DNA of 32,000 bases from Candidatus Brocadia sp. (GTDB lineage: Bacteria; Planctomycetota; Brocadiia; Brocadiales; Brocadiaceae): NCBI GenBank assembly GCA_021650915.1, contig CP091279.1, positions 2,010,001 through 2,042,000 of the forward strand. The letters run 5' to 3'. Under the pieces are notes generated by a model that saw only the letters and a program-made list of their open reading frames with translations, was not told where the DNA came from and searched no databases. The stretch's first letter is position 1. Each line of letters starts with the position of its first letter. A program made the translations under genes and the position numbers. Positions 9,269-17,967 of this stretch are shown one piece after another.

Positions 9269-10615
9269 GGGTTCTTCTCCCAATTAGTTTGCAAAAGCTT
9301 GTATAATTTTTAATGAAAAGTACCGTTCGTCATGAAATCCATAAGCTTTTCTTTTGATAACTTTGATCTTATTATTAACCCCTTCGAGTTTACTGGTATG
9401 AATTTTATAATCGCAGTGATTCAAGATTCCGTAGCTGTATTTTGTAAGCATATTTGCAAACGTATTCACGACAGAATAGTTGAGCGTTTTCGCTAAAAGG
9501 CTCCATTCATCAATGGCTTTTCTCGCCCACGTCCGTGAGGTATAGGTCCAAATATGTTTGAGCTTATCTTTAAGAATCAGAACGGTATTTATGGTTTCAT
9601 TAAGCGACAAGAGCTGTTTGAGATGTTCTCGGTGTTTTTTCCTGCGAATATTTCGTTTATTTTTTAACAAAAGATATTTTGAACTCTTGATGACGTCCTT
9701 ATCCTCCTTCGATGCTTTTTGGTATTCAGCATTTCGCACCTTGTCAATAATTTTACCAAAACTTGAAACCACATGAAACAGGTCAAAGACTATCTTAACA
9801 TGAGGTACGTGCTTTTTTACTGCATGAATATAAGGATCCCACATATCCATGGCAATGGCCTCAAGCGCCTGCCTTTGTTCCTCTGTCATACCCGCAAAGA
9901 AGGTTCCCAGCGTTTCTTTTGTTCTTTCCTTTCCCACCCAGACTACGCGGCCACTCAGATAGTCCAGAACAACGGTCAAATAGCGCTGTCCCTTCTTAAC
10001 AGAGATTTCGTCTACCGCCAGTATGCGAAGATTCTGATAATCTGTCTGCGCGTATTGTCGTTCCAGAAAAAACTTGTCGATGGTTTTTACGGTTTTCCAG
10101 TTAATTCCAAAATGTTTTGCAACTTCGGTTACGGTTAACACTTTACACAATTCGTGAATATACGCTGCTAAACGATGCGTAACACGACTGTAGGGTTGAA
10201 AAAAACCCAAGTCTTCAACTACGATTCGATTGCATGGCTCACAGGCAATCTTACGATACGAACAATGTATCCATACGCGAACTGAACCAGGATTCAGATC
10301 CCGCAAAGATCGTTTGTCATGACGGTAAATGCGCTGTGCTTTGCTGCCACACGCATGACATATTGGGCGAAATCGTTCATCGGGCACGGCAGTAAGCTGA
10401 GATATCTCAGCATCAGGAAAAACAGTTTGCTTCGTAATTCTTACCCGCTGAAAAGGAAAATATGGTAATATACTTAATGGGGACATTGCTGGTCTCCTGT
10501 AAATAGTTTATAGAACGGTATATATCTATCTATAGGAAACACCAAATGTCCACTCTTTTCAATGATTTAAAGGATTTTCTTCTCAATTCTTATTGACTAA
10601 TTGGGAGAAGAACCC
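9269..10615 (-). mobile_element. ISL3-family insertion sequence, copy 1 (apparently intact, 1347 bp)
   Basis: Perfect terminal inverted repeats GGGTTCTTCTCCCAATTAG at 9269-9287 and 10597-10615 enclose a full-length transposase gene. No direct target duplication is detectable (flanks aattttta vs gaaaaatt). Confidence 0.9.
9284..10486 (-). CDS. ISL3-family transposase
   Basis: 400 aa. It has an N-terminal zinc finger (CHACGSK...CEPCNRI). The DDE_Tnp_ISL3 pattern reads ILAVDEISVKKGQRYLTVVLDYLSGRVVWVGKERTKETL. The C-terminus is EGVNNKIKVIKRKAYGFHDERYFSLKI. Confidence 0.92.
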   Translation of the reverse strand: MSPLSILPYFPFQRVRITKQTVFPDAEISQLTAVPDERFRPICHACGSKAQRIYRHDKRSLRDLNPGSVRVWIHCSYRKIACEPCNRIVVEDLGFFQPYSRVTHRLAAYIHELCKVLTVTEVAKHFGINWKTVKTIDKFFLERQYAQTDYQNLRILAVDEISVKKGQRYLTVVLDYLSGRVVWVGKERTKETLGTFFAGMTEEQRQALEAIAMDMWDPYIHAVKKHVPHVKIVFDLFHVVSSFGKIIDKVRNAEYQKASKEDKDVIKSSKYLLLKNKRNIRRKKHREHLKQLLSLNETINTVLILKDKLKHIWTYTSRTWARKAIDEWSLLAKTLNYSVVNTFANMLTKYSYGILNHCDYKIHTSKLEGVNNKIKVIKRKAYGFHDERYFSLKIIQAFAN

Positions 10616-10692
10616 GAAAAATTTAAAGTGCAAGATAACTGAAAGTCATTATAATAATACAGAAAATATCAGGACTTTTTTCTGTAAGGTTT

Positions 10693-10719
10693 TCTTTGTG
10701 GTCTTTGTGGTCTTTGTGG
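10693..10719 (+). repeat. tandem repeat, 3 x 9 bp (TCTTTGTGG)
   Basis: Three perfect units at 10693-10701, 10702-10710 and 10711-10719. They are followed by ggttgcggctgtgctgc (10732-10748), a motif also found inverted at 20665-20681 and 27505-27521. Confidence 0.85.
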
Positions 10720-10751
10720 TTGAACTTTTTTGGTTGCGGCTGTGCTGCCTT

Positions 10752-11108
10752 ATGAATTTCCGGTTTACAAAAGCCGAACGGTTGACCCTGAAGAAGGAAT
10801 TTGAACGGGTTTTTCAGGACGGGAAGGTATTGAAAGACGCAAAGGTTGTGCTCTACGTGATGGCAAACAGCCTCCCGCATTCCCGCCTGGGCCTGGTAGT
10901 AAGCAAGAAGGTGGGAAATGCCGTGCGGCGCAACCGCGCCAAACGATTACTGAGGGAGGTCTACCGGCTGAATAAACATGTACTGACCATGCACGTCGAT
11001 ATGATTGCCATTCCGCGTCACCCTTTTTCGTCCGATCTGAAACGGTCCGATGTTGAAGATGGTTTTAAGAAATTACTCCTCAAAATCAACGAGGCCTTTT
11101 GCCCGTGA
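10752..11108 (+). CDS. rnpA: ribonuclease P protein component
   Basis: ORF 10593..11108 is trimmed to MNFRFTKAERL (ATG 10752). The RNase P protein motif reads VSKKVGNAVRRNRAKRLLREVYR. It is followed by yidD with a GTGA overlap. Confidence 0.88.
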   Translation: MNFRFTKAERLTLKKEFERVFQDGKVLKDAKVVLYVMANSLPHSRLGLVVSKKVGNAVRRNRAKRLLREVYRLNKHVLTMHVDMIAIPRHPFSSDLKRSDVEDGFKKLLLKINEAFCP

Positions 11109-11314
11109 AGTATCTCATCATAAAACTCCTTCAGGCCTATCAGTTTCTTATCTCGCCCTTCTTGCGGCATTCCTGCCGTTACGAACCCACCTGTTCCCAA
11201 TATATGATCGATGCGATACAAAAGAAGAGTATCTTGTGGGGCACGTGTCTCGGGGTATGGCGTATTTTGAGATGTCATCCATTTGGCAGCTCCGGATACG
11301 ATCCGGTAAACTAA
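11099..11314 (+). CDS. yidD: membrane protein insertion efficiency factor YidD
   Basis: The YidD signature reads YQFLISPFLRHSCRYEPTCSQY...RCHPFGSSGYDPV. The real start is probably GTG 11105, which overlaps the rnpA stop (11106-11108); the ORF track uses TTG 11099. Confidence 0.88.
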   Translation: MPVKYLIIKLLQAYQFLISPFLRHSCRYEPTCSQYMIDAIQKKSILWGTCLGVWRILRCHPFGSSGYDPVN

Positions 11315-11354
11315 GCCTTCGGGACATTGTTGCAATTACACGTTTTTTTCAACA

Positions 11355-11430
11355 AAATTCCACTCCCTTCACCCCCGCCAGCGGGGGACAGGCACTGTTC
11401 TCCATACAGAGGGAGGTCAAGGGGGGATGT
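11355..11430. repeat. G/C-tract hairpin repeat, divergent relative of the E-repeat family
   Basis: ccactcccttcacccccgccagcgggggac parallels the reverse complement of 27400-27446 (acccaccccTTtatCCCCtcCcAGgaGtGGAC). It has a CCCCCG-ccag-CGGGGG hairpin at 11372-11387. A second 10-bp stem lies at 11432-11441/11457-11466. Confidence 0.45.
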
Positions 11431-11621
11431 TTGAAATCCCTGAACATGCACAGAGGAGGGATTTCAGACAATCTTACTGCCCCTGATTTTCTTCAGTCAA
11501 TTCCTCGTACCGTTTCGACGCAATCTGTGCCTCTGCTTCCAATCCCTTTTTCCGGTATGTCGTCTCAAGATTTTTGTGGGTCATTGCTACGTTTAGACTG
11601 ATGGCAATGGATTTCCTGAGA

Positions 11622-11657
11622 TCGTAAATAGTCTACTTAATTATGTCAGATATTATA
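11622..11657. repeat. orphan IS630 (type 1) terminal inverted repeat
   Basis: This 36-nt sequence is the perfect reverse complement of 8364-8399, including the outer TA. It is oriented as the opposite end of the same element. No recognisable IS630 transposase N-terminus lies next to it. Confidence 0.8.
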
Positions 11658-11887
11658 CCTGGAGTAAAAGCCTCAAATTACCTACTGCGGCTATTATACC
11701 ACGGACTTTTTCACCCATTTCTTTCGCTCTATACCACACGACAAAGACATGGAATTCTCTGGTTGCACAAACCCCACGCATCCCTTTGCGAAGGCTTCCG
11801 ATGGACTATGGTGGACTCCTCTACAGCCATATCTATTGCCCACCAATTCAACTGCTCACTTTTCTTGACTTGACTGTCAAGTACATT

Positions 11888-12283
11888 CTAAAATATTTTT
11901 ACTGAATAGTTGCTATTTTTATCTTTATTGGCTCTTGATTTTATGGAAGAAATAAAATTGTTTATCTTTACTCCCAACACATCTAATTTTTCAATTATAG
12001 GTTTGTAAATTTCGTCCTGAATTAGATCCCTCTCATGGAGTAAATCAACCCAATATTTAGACTCCCATAGAGAACCTCTTGCATTATAGTAAAATTTTAC
12101 CGAATCTAAATAATGGTATCTGCCAAATCCCTCGGCTATATTTGCTCCTATAGAATCAATTGCCCTGATAAATTGTTGTCCAATTCCAAATCTATATTCA
12201 CTTTTCATCTTTGTATAGATATCCCACCCACACTTGTTTATTCCTCCTGCAATCCGATATACTTCAAGATCTTCTATTCTCAT
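11888..12283 (-). CDS. four-helix-bundle protein of the 23S rRNA intervening-sequence protein family
   Basis: 131 aa with the family pattern ...QFIRAIDSIGANIAEGFGRYHYLDSVKFYYNARGSLWE.... Confidence 0.8.
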   Translation of the reverse strand: MRIEDLEVYRIAGGINKCGWDIYTKMKSEYRFGIGQQFIRAIDSIGANIAEGFGRYHYLDSVKFYYNARGSLWESKYWVDLLHERDLIQDEIYKPIIEKLDVLGVKINNFISSIKSRANKDKNSNYSVKIF

Positions 12284-12342
12284 TTATCACTTACTCAGCA
12301 AATAACCATAAATACCTACAAATGACAACTTGTAGTATCTCC

Positions 12343-14949
12343 TCACCTATTTAACACCAGCCCCCCATTGGATCGGTATAATAACAGGTTTTCCGCGATG
12401 GTATCGGGAAAGACATCCCGGTTCCCTTGGTTGTCAATAAATATCCCCATCCCGCCGATTTCTTCCGTTTTGGATAGCGATGAAACACCATGGCTGTGAT
12501 CGTTTGCACCATAAAGGTCATTTCCACAAAAATCCGCCAGGACACCAATGCCTTTTTCCAGGCCAACGCCCTGCGAAGTGGTTTCGCTCCGATATGTGTC
12601 ATTTCCGCAATCATCCACCAGAAACCCGATGCCAGTGTCATGTCCGCACCCCTGCGAAACGCCAAAGGTGCACTCATAGGTGTCGTCGCCGGAGGTGTCT
12701 TTTACGAGACCAATGGCTGAATGGATACCAGCGCCCTGGGCATAGCGACCCGCATAATATTTATCGTTGCCCTCTTTATCATACAAAAATCCCAGGGAAA
12801 AATAATAGCCGCTGCCCTGAGAAAAATAGTCTCCATGATACTGATCAGCGCCTTTTTGATCGATCAGCATGCCAATCCCGCCTGATGCCCCAACAATGGT
12901 TTCTTCCGGCCGGATACCCATCCCCATCCCCTGTGCCATGGACTGAAACGATTTCTCAGAATCACGGAAATCCGGATATGTTCCACCGGCAAAGTAATAA
13001 TCATTTCCCTGCGTATCTCTTAATGCGCCAAAGCCCTTTGTGAACCCCACGCCCTGGCCAAACTGCCGGCTAAAATAAACATCGTTACCTCGCGCATCAT
13101 TGAGAATCCCTGCCCCGAAGAAACCCACTCCCTGATTGACGACGCGGCTGTTATAAAAATCGTTGCCGTCGTTATCCAGTAACAACCCGACTCCAAACAG
13201 GCACGCTGCCTGCGAAAAATCTTTACCTGAATACTGATCATTCCCCTGAAAATCTATCAGGAGTCCAATTCCAAACCTTCCCGTACCCTGTGAGAACGGG
13301 GCATCCGTTTGGTAAGTATCATCACCGGACAAATCGATACAAAGAGATACCGGAGTGTCCCTGTTGGATGAACCCGCATGATTAAAGTAACAATCATTCC
13401 CCCCGAGGTCGATGATCACTGCCGCATCGGCATAATAATACGAAGTGCCTGTTCCACCCACAAAGATCTTTCCGATGCTGGTATCCTGCACAAACAGAAT
13501 GTCACCGGCAAAATCTTGTGATGCCCCTAACCCCCTCGCGCCAGAGGAGGGGATACTATCTGGGAATATATCGCCGGTTTCCCTTTCCCGTGCTGATCCA
13601 ATATTCTCCGCTGGTTTTTGTCTCAAGTCTGTTTCATCGGAAATTTCCGGCTGATGTGCACCCTGAAGGGATGCTGGCAGACGAAATGGCGATACCTTCG
13701 TTTGCATCGCTTCGGGATATGTCTTTTCCTGCCCGGCTATGCCCTGTTCATCAGAGAAAGGGGCAAGTTGACGCAGCAGCAATGATGTCGCCTGAAACAA
13801 CTTTGCCAGGTCAACCTTTTGAGATAGCGCCAGTACCCTGGCGAGGTCCTTTGGTTCAACCTTCTCGTTGGGCAACCAAACTTTATGGGCGTTTTGATAC
13901 AGAAATTCAACCTCTCCCTGTGATAAGCCAGAAAATGCTTCTTTCACGAGCGAAACACAGGATGGTAAACAATCTACAACGATCTGTAATTGCCTTTGCA
14001 AGCCAGTCGTTCCCATTTTTTGTAATTGCTCCGTATGCGGTGGGATGCCGGGAGATTCATCCAGCAATGCTGCTGCAAACCCTATCTGAGCACGGACATC
14101 TTCCCTGCACAGCATATCGACAATATCCTGGCCAATCTTTGGAATATCAAAGGGGTGCAGCATGAAATAGTTTACGACGGACAAACGAAACGGATTGGCC
14201 TCGTCATTGGATTGGAATCCTTCCCGCACATAGATCTCTTCGCCAATCCGCTGTAATGTTGTGCCAAGCATGCCCCTGTATCTTTCGCTTTTGATTGCAA
14301 ATTCAATAAAACTTGTCCCTTTGTGTTCTGAATGGGGAGGCATTTTTCTTTCTCCACTCGGAGATAGATTTTTCTCCTCCCCATTTCCCCCATGCAAAGG
14401 GGGAAATAAAAGCGGGGCACTTTTATCCTCTTCTGTAAGCCCATGACCTTCGTCTGAGATAAAAGAAGACATGGGTTCCGTCACATCCTTGAGCAGTTTC
14501 CCAAACAGTCTTGGATAAAGCATGATTTCGGTATTATCGCGGGAAACCGTAAGTGCAGGCGTACCCCCTGCGCCGATGGCTTCTATGGTCTTTTTGAACT
14601 GGATGAGATTGAGTTCATCCTTGCCTGTGGTAGATTTATCATTAACCTTTGTAATAACATCTCCAACCTTCAAACCTGCCTCAGCAGCAGGCGATCCCCG
14701 GGTAATCTCCTTTACCAGAACACCTTTCCCTTCTGCATTTTCCATAAAGATACCCAGCCAGCCTTTATTGAAATTAACCTTATCCTTCTCAAATCCCAGG
14801 CCTTCAAGCGTAAAAAAGTCTTTGGTGTCAAAACTCTGTCCATCAACGGAAACTGGCATACCTTCGTCTGCCAAAGTATCTAAGTTCATCGTGGATATTA
14901 CGAGAACAGAAAAATAAATAAACACGAAACACAAGATTGTATTAAGCAT
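12343..14949 (-). CDS. large secreted/anchored protein: N-terminal signal/TM, PDZ domain, long linker, C-terminal array of ~11-12 GNDxY repeats
   Basis: 868 aa with N-terminal LNTILCFVFIYFSVLVIS. The PDZ motif reads GVLVKEITRGSPAAEAGLKVGDVITKVNDKS. The C-terminal ~350 aa consist of ~23-residue units of the form xQGxGxxxGxGxLxDxxGNDxY. The GNDxY cores are GNDCY, GDDTY, GNDQY, GNDFY, GNDVY, GNDYY, GADQY, GNDKY, GDDTY, GNDTY and GNDLY. Confidence 0.8.
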   Translation of the reverse strand: MLNTILCFVFIYFSVLVISTMNLDTLADEGMPVSVDGQSFDTKDFFTLEGLGFEKDKVNFNKGWLGIFMENAEGKGVLVKEITRGSPAAEAGLKVGDVITKVNDKSTTGKDELNLIQFKKTIEAIGAGGTPALTVSRDNTEIMLYPRLFGKLLKDVTEPMSSFISDEGHGLTEEDKSAPLLFPPLHGGNGEEKNLSPSGERKMPPHSEHKGTSFIEFAIKSERYRGMLGTTLQRIGEEIYVREGFQSNDEANPFRLSVVNYFMLHPFDIPKIGQDIVDMLCREDVRAQIGFAAALLDESPGIPPHTEQLQKMGTTGLQRQLQIVVDCLPSCVSLVKEAFSGLSQGEVEFLYQNAHKVWLPNEKVEPKDLARVLALSQKVDLAKLFQATSLLLRQLAPFSDEQGIAGQEKTYPEAMQTKVSPFRLPASLQGAHQPEISDETDLRQKPAENIGSARERETGDIFPDSIPSSGARGLGASQDFAGDILFVQDTSIGKIFVGGTGTSYYYADAAVIIDLGGNDCYFNHAGSSNRDTPVSLCIDLSGDDTYQTDAPFSQGTGRFGIGLLIDFQGNDQYSGKDFSQAACLFGVGLLLDNDGNDFYNSRVVNQGVGFFGAGILNDARGNDVYFSRQFGQGVGFTKGFGALRDTQGNDYYFAGGTYPDFRDSEKSFQSMAQGMGMGIRPEETIVGASGGIGMLIDQKGADQYHGDYFSQGSGYYFSLGFLYDKEGNDKYYAGRYAQGAGIHSAIGLVKDTSGDDTYECTFGVSQGCGHDTGIGFLVDDCGNDTYRSETTSQGVGLEKGIGVLADFCGNDLYGANDHSHGVSSLSKTEEIGGMGIFIDNQGNRDVFPDTIAENLLLYRSNGGLVLNR

Positions 14950-15265
14950 AATGGAGTTTGCTTTATAATAGATTTTTAAGAAAAATCCGCGCTTTTCTTA
15001 TGTTACTGCCCAGGAAGGGTTATGCTGATAGCGCAACAGCAATAGCGGAAATTCAGGATAATAGAAGCACCTGCCAAAAGCAATGGGAAAATAGAAAGAA
15101 AGATTCTACACGGGAATACAATCCGCCAACACTACGCATGAATAGAAAAACCAGTTTTTATCCCCTTCTTCATTTCTCCGCCTTCCCCTATAATGGACTG
15201 GCTTTTTCAGACCAGTGACTAAGATGCAAAATGGTAAGATAGGCGAGTGAAAGGAGGTCTGGAAA

Positions 15266-15538
15266 ATGCGAAAGAGATTTGATAAGGAATTTATGGCGAG
15301 AGTGGCATTGGGGGCGATAAAGGAAGAAAAGACGTTAGCGGAGATATCATCGCAGCATGAGGTACACCGGACGCAAATAGTAAAATGACGGAAGCGTGCA
15401 ATGGAAGGGATGGTAGGGATATTTGAGGGAAAGGAGTCAAAGGGTGCAGGAGAGAAGGATAAAGTAACAGATGAGTTGTACCGGCAGATAGGGCAACTGA
15501 AGGTGGAGAACGAGTGGCTTAAAAAAAATCTAGTGTAG
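15266..15538 (+). pseudogene. IS3-family orfA (HTH/leucine-zipper part) with in-frame TGA
   Basis: The translation is MRKRFDKEFMARVALGAIKEEKTLAEISSQHEVHRTQIVK*RKRAMEG...DELYRQIGQLKVENEWLKKNL. The TGA at 15386-15388 sits where IS3 OrfA proteins have the conserved W (TGG). The frame ends at a TAG created at the IS630 junction. Confidence 0.7.
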
Positions 15539-15572
15539 AGACATATTAATAACGAAACACATAATATGATGT

Positions 15573-16663
15573 ATGAGACAAACCGAAATACATCTAACCG
15601 AAGAGGATAAGGCGGCACTGAAGGTTTTTCGTTCGAAGGGGAAGCACATGGCAAGGGAAATCAACCGGGCGCACATTTTATTAGCATTAGATGAAAAAAT
15701 GCCTGAATTGCTCATCATGCAGGTTCTGGGCGTGGGTCGCACCACCATTTGGCGTACGCGCTCGGCTTATGTAGAAAAGGGATTGGATTATGCTTTGCAC
15801 GATGTGGCACGTCCTGGGCAACCACGGCAGTACGGAATCGATCAGCAAGCCGAGATTGTAGCTTTGGCTTGTAGTGCGCCTCCGAAGGGAGCTAAGCGTT
15901 GGACGATCCGATTGCTTACCAAGGCTGCGCGTCGGCGTCCCAAGCTGAAAAACATCAGCCGTGAAAGTATTCGCCGGTTTCTAAAAAAACGACTGCAAGC
16001 CTTGGCGCAAGGTGGTGTGGTGTATTGGCAAAATCACCACGGAGTATCGACAAAGGATGTATGAACTGTTGGAACTCTATGCACGGCCATATCGGAAAGA
16101 GGAGCCCGTGATCTGCGTGGACGAGAAAAACAAACAGCTTTTACAACAGACCCGGGCACCGATTGTGGCCAGACCTGGTGCGCCAACGAAGGGGGATTAC
16201 GAATACCGGCGTGCTGGCACGCGCAACATCTTCTTGGCGGTGGAGCCAAAGGGTGGACACCGCCAAGCGGAGGTGACAGCCCGTCGCACCAAGCCTGATT
16301 TTGTTCGGTTCATAGGCCGATTGGTAGAAAAGGTCTATGCCGGAGCAGAGAAGATTCATCTGGTGATGGACAATCTGAATACTCATTTCCGCAGGAGTTT
16401 TGAAGAAGTTTTGGGTGTCAAGCGTGCGGAACGGATGCTGGCAAGGGTAGAGTTTCACTACACGCCAAAGCACGCCAGTTGGCGGAATATGGCAGAAATT
16501 GAAATAGGAGTTATGGATAGACAGCAGACTGCCCAACGAAGTGATACTTAGGTCCGAAGTGGCCGCCTGGCAGCACCGCCGTAATCAAGCTAAGACCAAG
16601 ATCGAATGGAAGTTTACCCGACAAGATGCCGACGATAAACTATCCAGGCATTATGTCTTTTAA
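15573..16663 (+). pseudogene. IS630-family transposase broken into three frames
   Basis: ORF 15573..16064 carries the HTH part, ORF 16012..16551 the DDE part, and a third frame to TAA 16661-63 reads ...LRSEVAAWQHRRNQAKTKIEWKFTRQDADDKLSRHYVF. Continuity FLKK|NDCKPWRKVVWCIGK needs a +1 shift in the A7 run at 15983-15989. A second +1 shift is needed between 16508 and 16549. Confidence 0.8.
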
Positions 16664-16704
16664 TTAATATGTCTTAATACTAGTGTGCAGACATATTAAT
16701 TACA
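16661..16704. repeat. internal palindrome resembling abutted IS630 type-2 ends
   Basis: The sequence is taattaatatgtcttaatacTAgtgtgcagacatattaatta. Both arms resemble the element's terminal IR, joined at a TA. Confidence 0.6.
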
Positions 16705-16787
16705 AATTATATATTGTGGACAATTTTAGCTATATCGCGCCGTAAAACAGCATTTATATGTTTCGTTATTAATATGTCTCTACACTA

Positions 16788-17453
16788 GAGAGATTGGAAA
16801 TTAAAGAGAGAAGGGGGTTGATAGAACCGGATAATAAGGAAATAAGTGTACGCCGGCAATGTGAGCTGTTAGGTTTAAATAGGTCGAACGTGTACTATGA
16901 GCCAGTGGGGGTGACAGAAGAGAGACTCCGGCTAATGCATCGAGTAGATGAGATATTTACGGAATATCCCTTTTATGGGAGTCGGCGTATACAAGAGACG
17001 TTAGAACGCGAGGGTATACGGGTAGGTAGGGAACGAGTGCAAAGGTATATGAGGGAGATGGGTTTACGTGCGATATACCCGAAGAGGAGTCTGAGTAAGA
17101 GGCATCCTGGTTACAAGATATACCCCTATCTTCTCAGAGATAAGGAAATTAGTGGTCCGAATGCGGTATGGGTAACGGATATAACATACCTGCGGCTTAA
17201 ACGGGGATTTGTATACCTGACAGCAACAATAGATTGGTATAGCCGTTATGTGGTATCGTGGCGTATAAGCAATACGATGGAAGTGACATTTTGTGTAGAG
17301 GCCTTGGAGGCGGCCTTAGAGAAGGGTAGCCCGGAGATATTTAATAGTGACCAGGGTTCGCAGTTTACGAGCGATGAATTTACGGGAACACTGTTAAGGA
17401 AAAGGATCGCAATCAGTATGGATGGTCGTGGTCGTGCGTTTGATAACATTTTT
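16788..17453 (+). pseudogene. IS3-family orfB (integrase core), C-terminally truncated before the catalytic E
   Basis: The translation reads ERLEIKERRGLIEPDNKEISVRRQCELLGLNRSNVYY...WVTDITYL...FNSDQGSQFTS...DGRGRAFDNIF and then runs into the ISL3 IR at 17454. The tail of ORF 16794..17486 is read-through into ISL3. Confidence 0.8.
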
Positions 17454-17582
17454 AGGTTCTTCTCCCAATTAGTCAATAAGAATTGAGAAGAAATTCCTTT
17501 AAATCAGTGAAAAGAGTGGATATTTGGTGTTTCCTATAGATAGATATATACCGTTCTATAAACTATTTACAGGAGACCAGCA

Positions 17583-17967
17583 ATGTCCCCATTAAGTATA
17601 TTACCATATTTTCCTTTTCAGCGGGTAAGAATTACGAAGCAAACTGTATTTCCTGATGCTGAGATATCTCAGCTTACTGCCGTGCCCGATGAACGATTTC
17701 GCCCAATATGTCATGCGTGTGGCAGCAAAGCACAGCGCATTTACCGTCATGACAAACGATCTTTGCGGGATCTGAATCCTGGTTCAGTTCGCGTATGGAT
17801 AAATTGTTCGTATCGTAAGATTACCTGTGAGTCATGCAATCGAATCGTAGTTGAAGACTTGGGTTTTTTTCAACCCTACAGTCGTGTTACGCATCGTTTA
17901 GCAGCGTATATTCACGAATTGTGTAAAGTGTTAACCGTAACCGAAGTTGCAAAACATTTTGGAATTA
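17583..17967 (+). pseudogene. ISL3 transposase fragment (codons 1-128)
   Basis: MSPLSILPYFPFQRVRITKQ...VAKHFGI is near-identical to copy 1. Homology stops after ggaatta (17967). Confidence 0.88.

Larger units (their letters stand above)
15533..16785 (+). mobile_element. IS630-family element (type 2), inserted at a TA inside the IS3 element
   Basis: It has 27-bp perfect terminal inverted repeats GTGTAGAGACATATTAATAACGAAACA (15533-15559 / 16759-16785). These are flanked by TA (15531-32 and 16786-87), the IS630-family target duplication. Confidence 0.88.
15216..17453 (+). mobile_element. IS3-family element remnant, interrupted by IS630 type 2 and cut off by ISL3 copy 2
   Basis: An orfA-like and an orfB-like reading frame are separated by a 1253-bp insertion. 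The left end is guessed at TGACTAAG (15216) from the IS3 5'-TG convention. No right end was found. Confidence 0.65.

Noticed and set aside
10616-10751. Looked for rpmH (ribosomal protein L34) upstream of rnpA.
   Set aside because: No short, highly basic ORF is present. The space is occupied by the ISL3 end, a 9-bp tandem repeat and a repeat motif.
11050-11601. The 183-aa plus-strand ORF.
   Set aside because: It overlaps rnpA and yidD out of frame and then runs through repeat DNA. The rnpA and yidD frames carry the family motifs.
11315-11621. Whether the region inside the orphan IS630 terminus is the missing N-terminal part of the 8390..9265 transposase.
   Set aside because: Minus-strand translation gives only a 36-aa ORF and repeat-derived low-complexity peptides. 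It does not join in sequence or frame to ...NGLDKPIHLIKLKSRK... at 9265.
15386-15388. In-frame TGA in IS3 orfA as possible recoding (Sec or read-through).
   Set aside because: It replaces a conserved Trp codon (TGG->TGA) in an element that is otherwise broken twice. No SECIS-like context was noticed. It is a plain nonsense mutation.
15106-15654. The 182-aa minus-strand ORF.
   Set aside because: It is antisense to the IS3 orfA and crosses the IS630 terminal IR. The composition is Ser/Phe/Cys-rich and typical of antisense reading.
15983-15989. Possible programmed ribosomal frameshift at the A7 run joining the two IS630 type-2 ORFs.
   Set aside because: The required shift is +1 (or -2), not -1. 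A second independent frame break exists near 16508-16549. Homopolymer insertion and pseudogenisation is the simpler reading.
10616-17453. Simple inversion between the two inverted ISL3 copies as the explanation for the missing target duplication of copy 1.
   Set aside because: Swapping the flanks of the two copies does not generate matching 8-bp direct repeats under any consistent definition of the IS ends.
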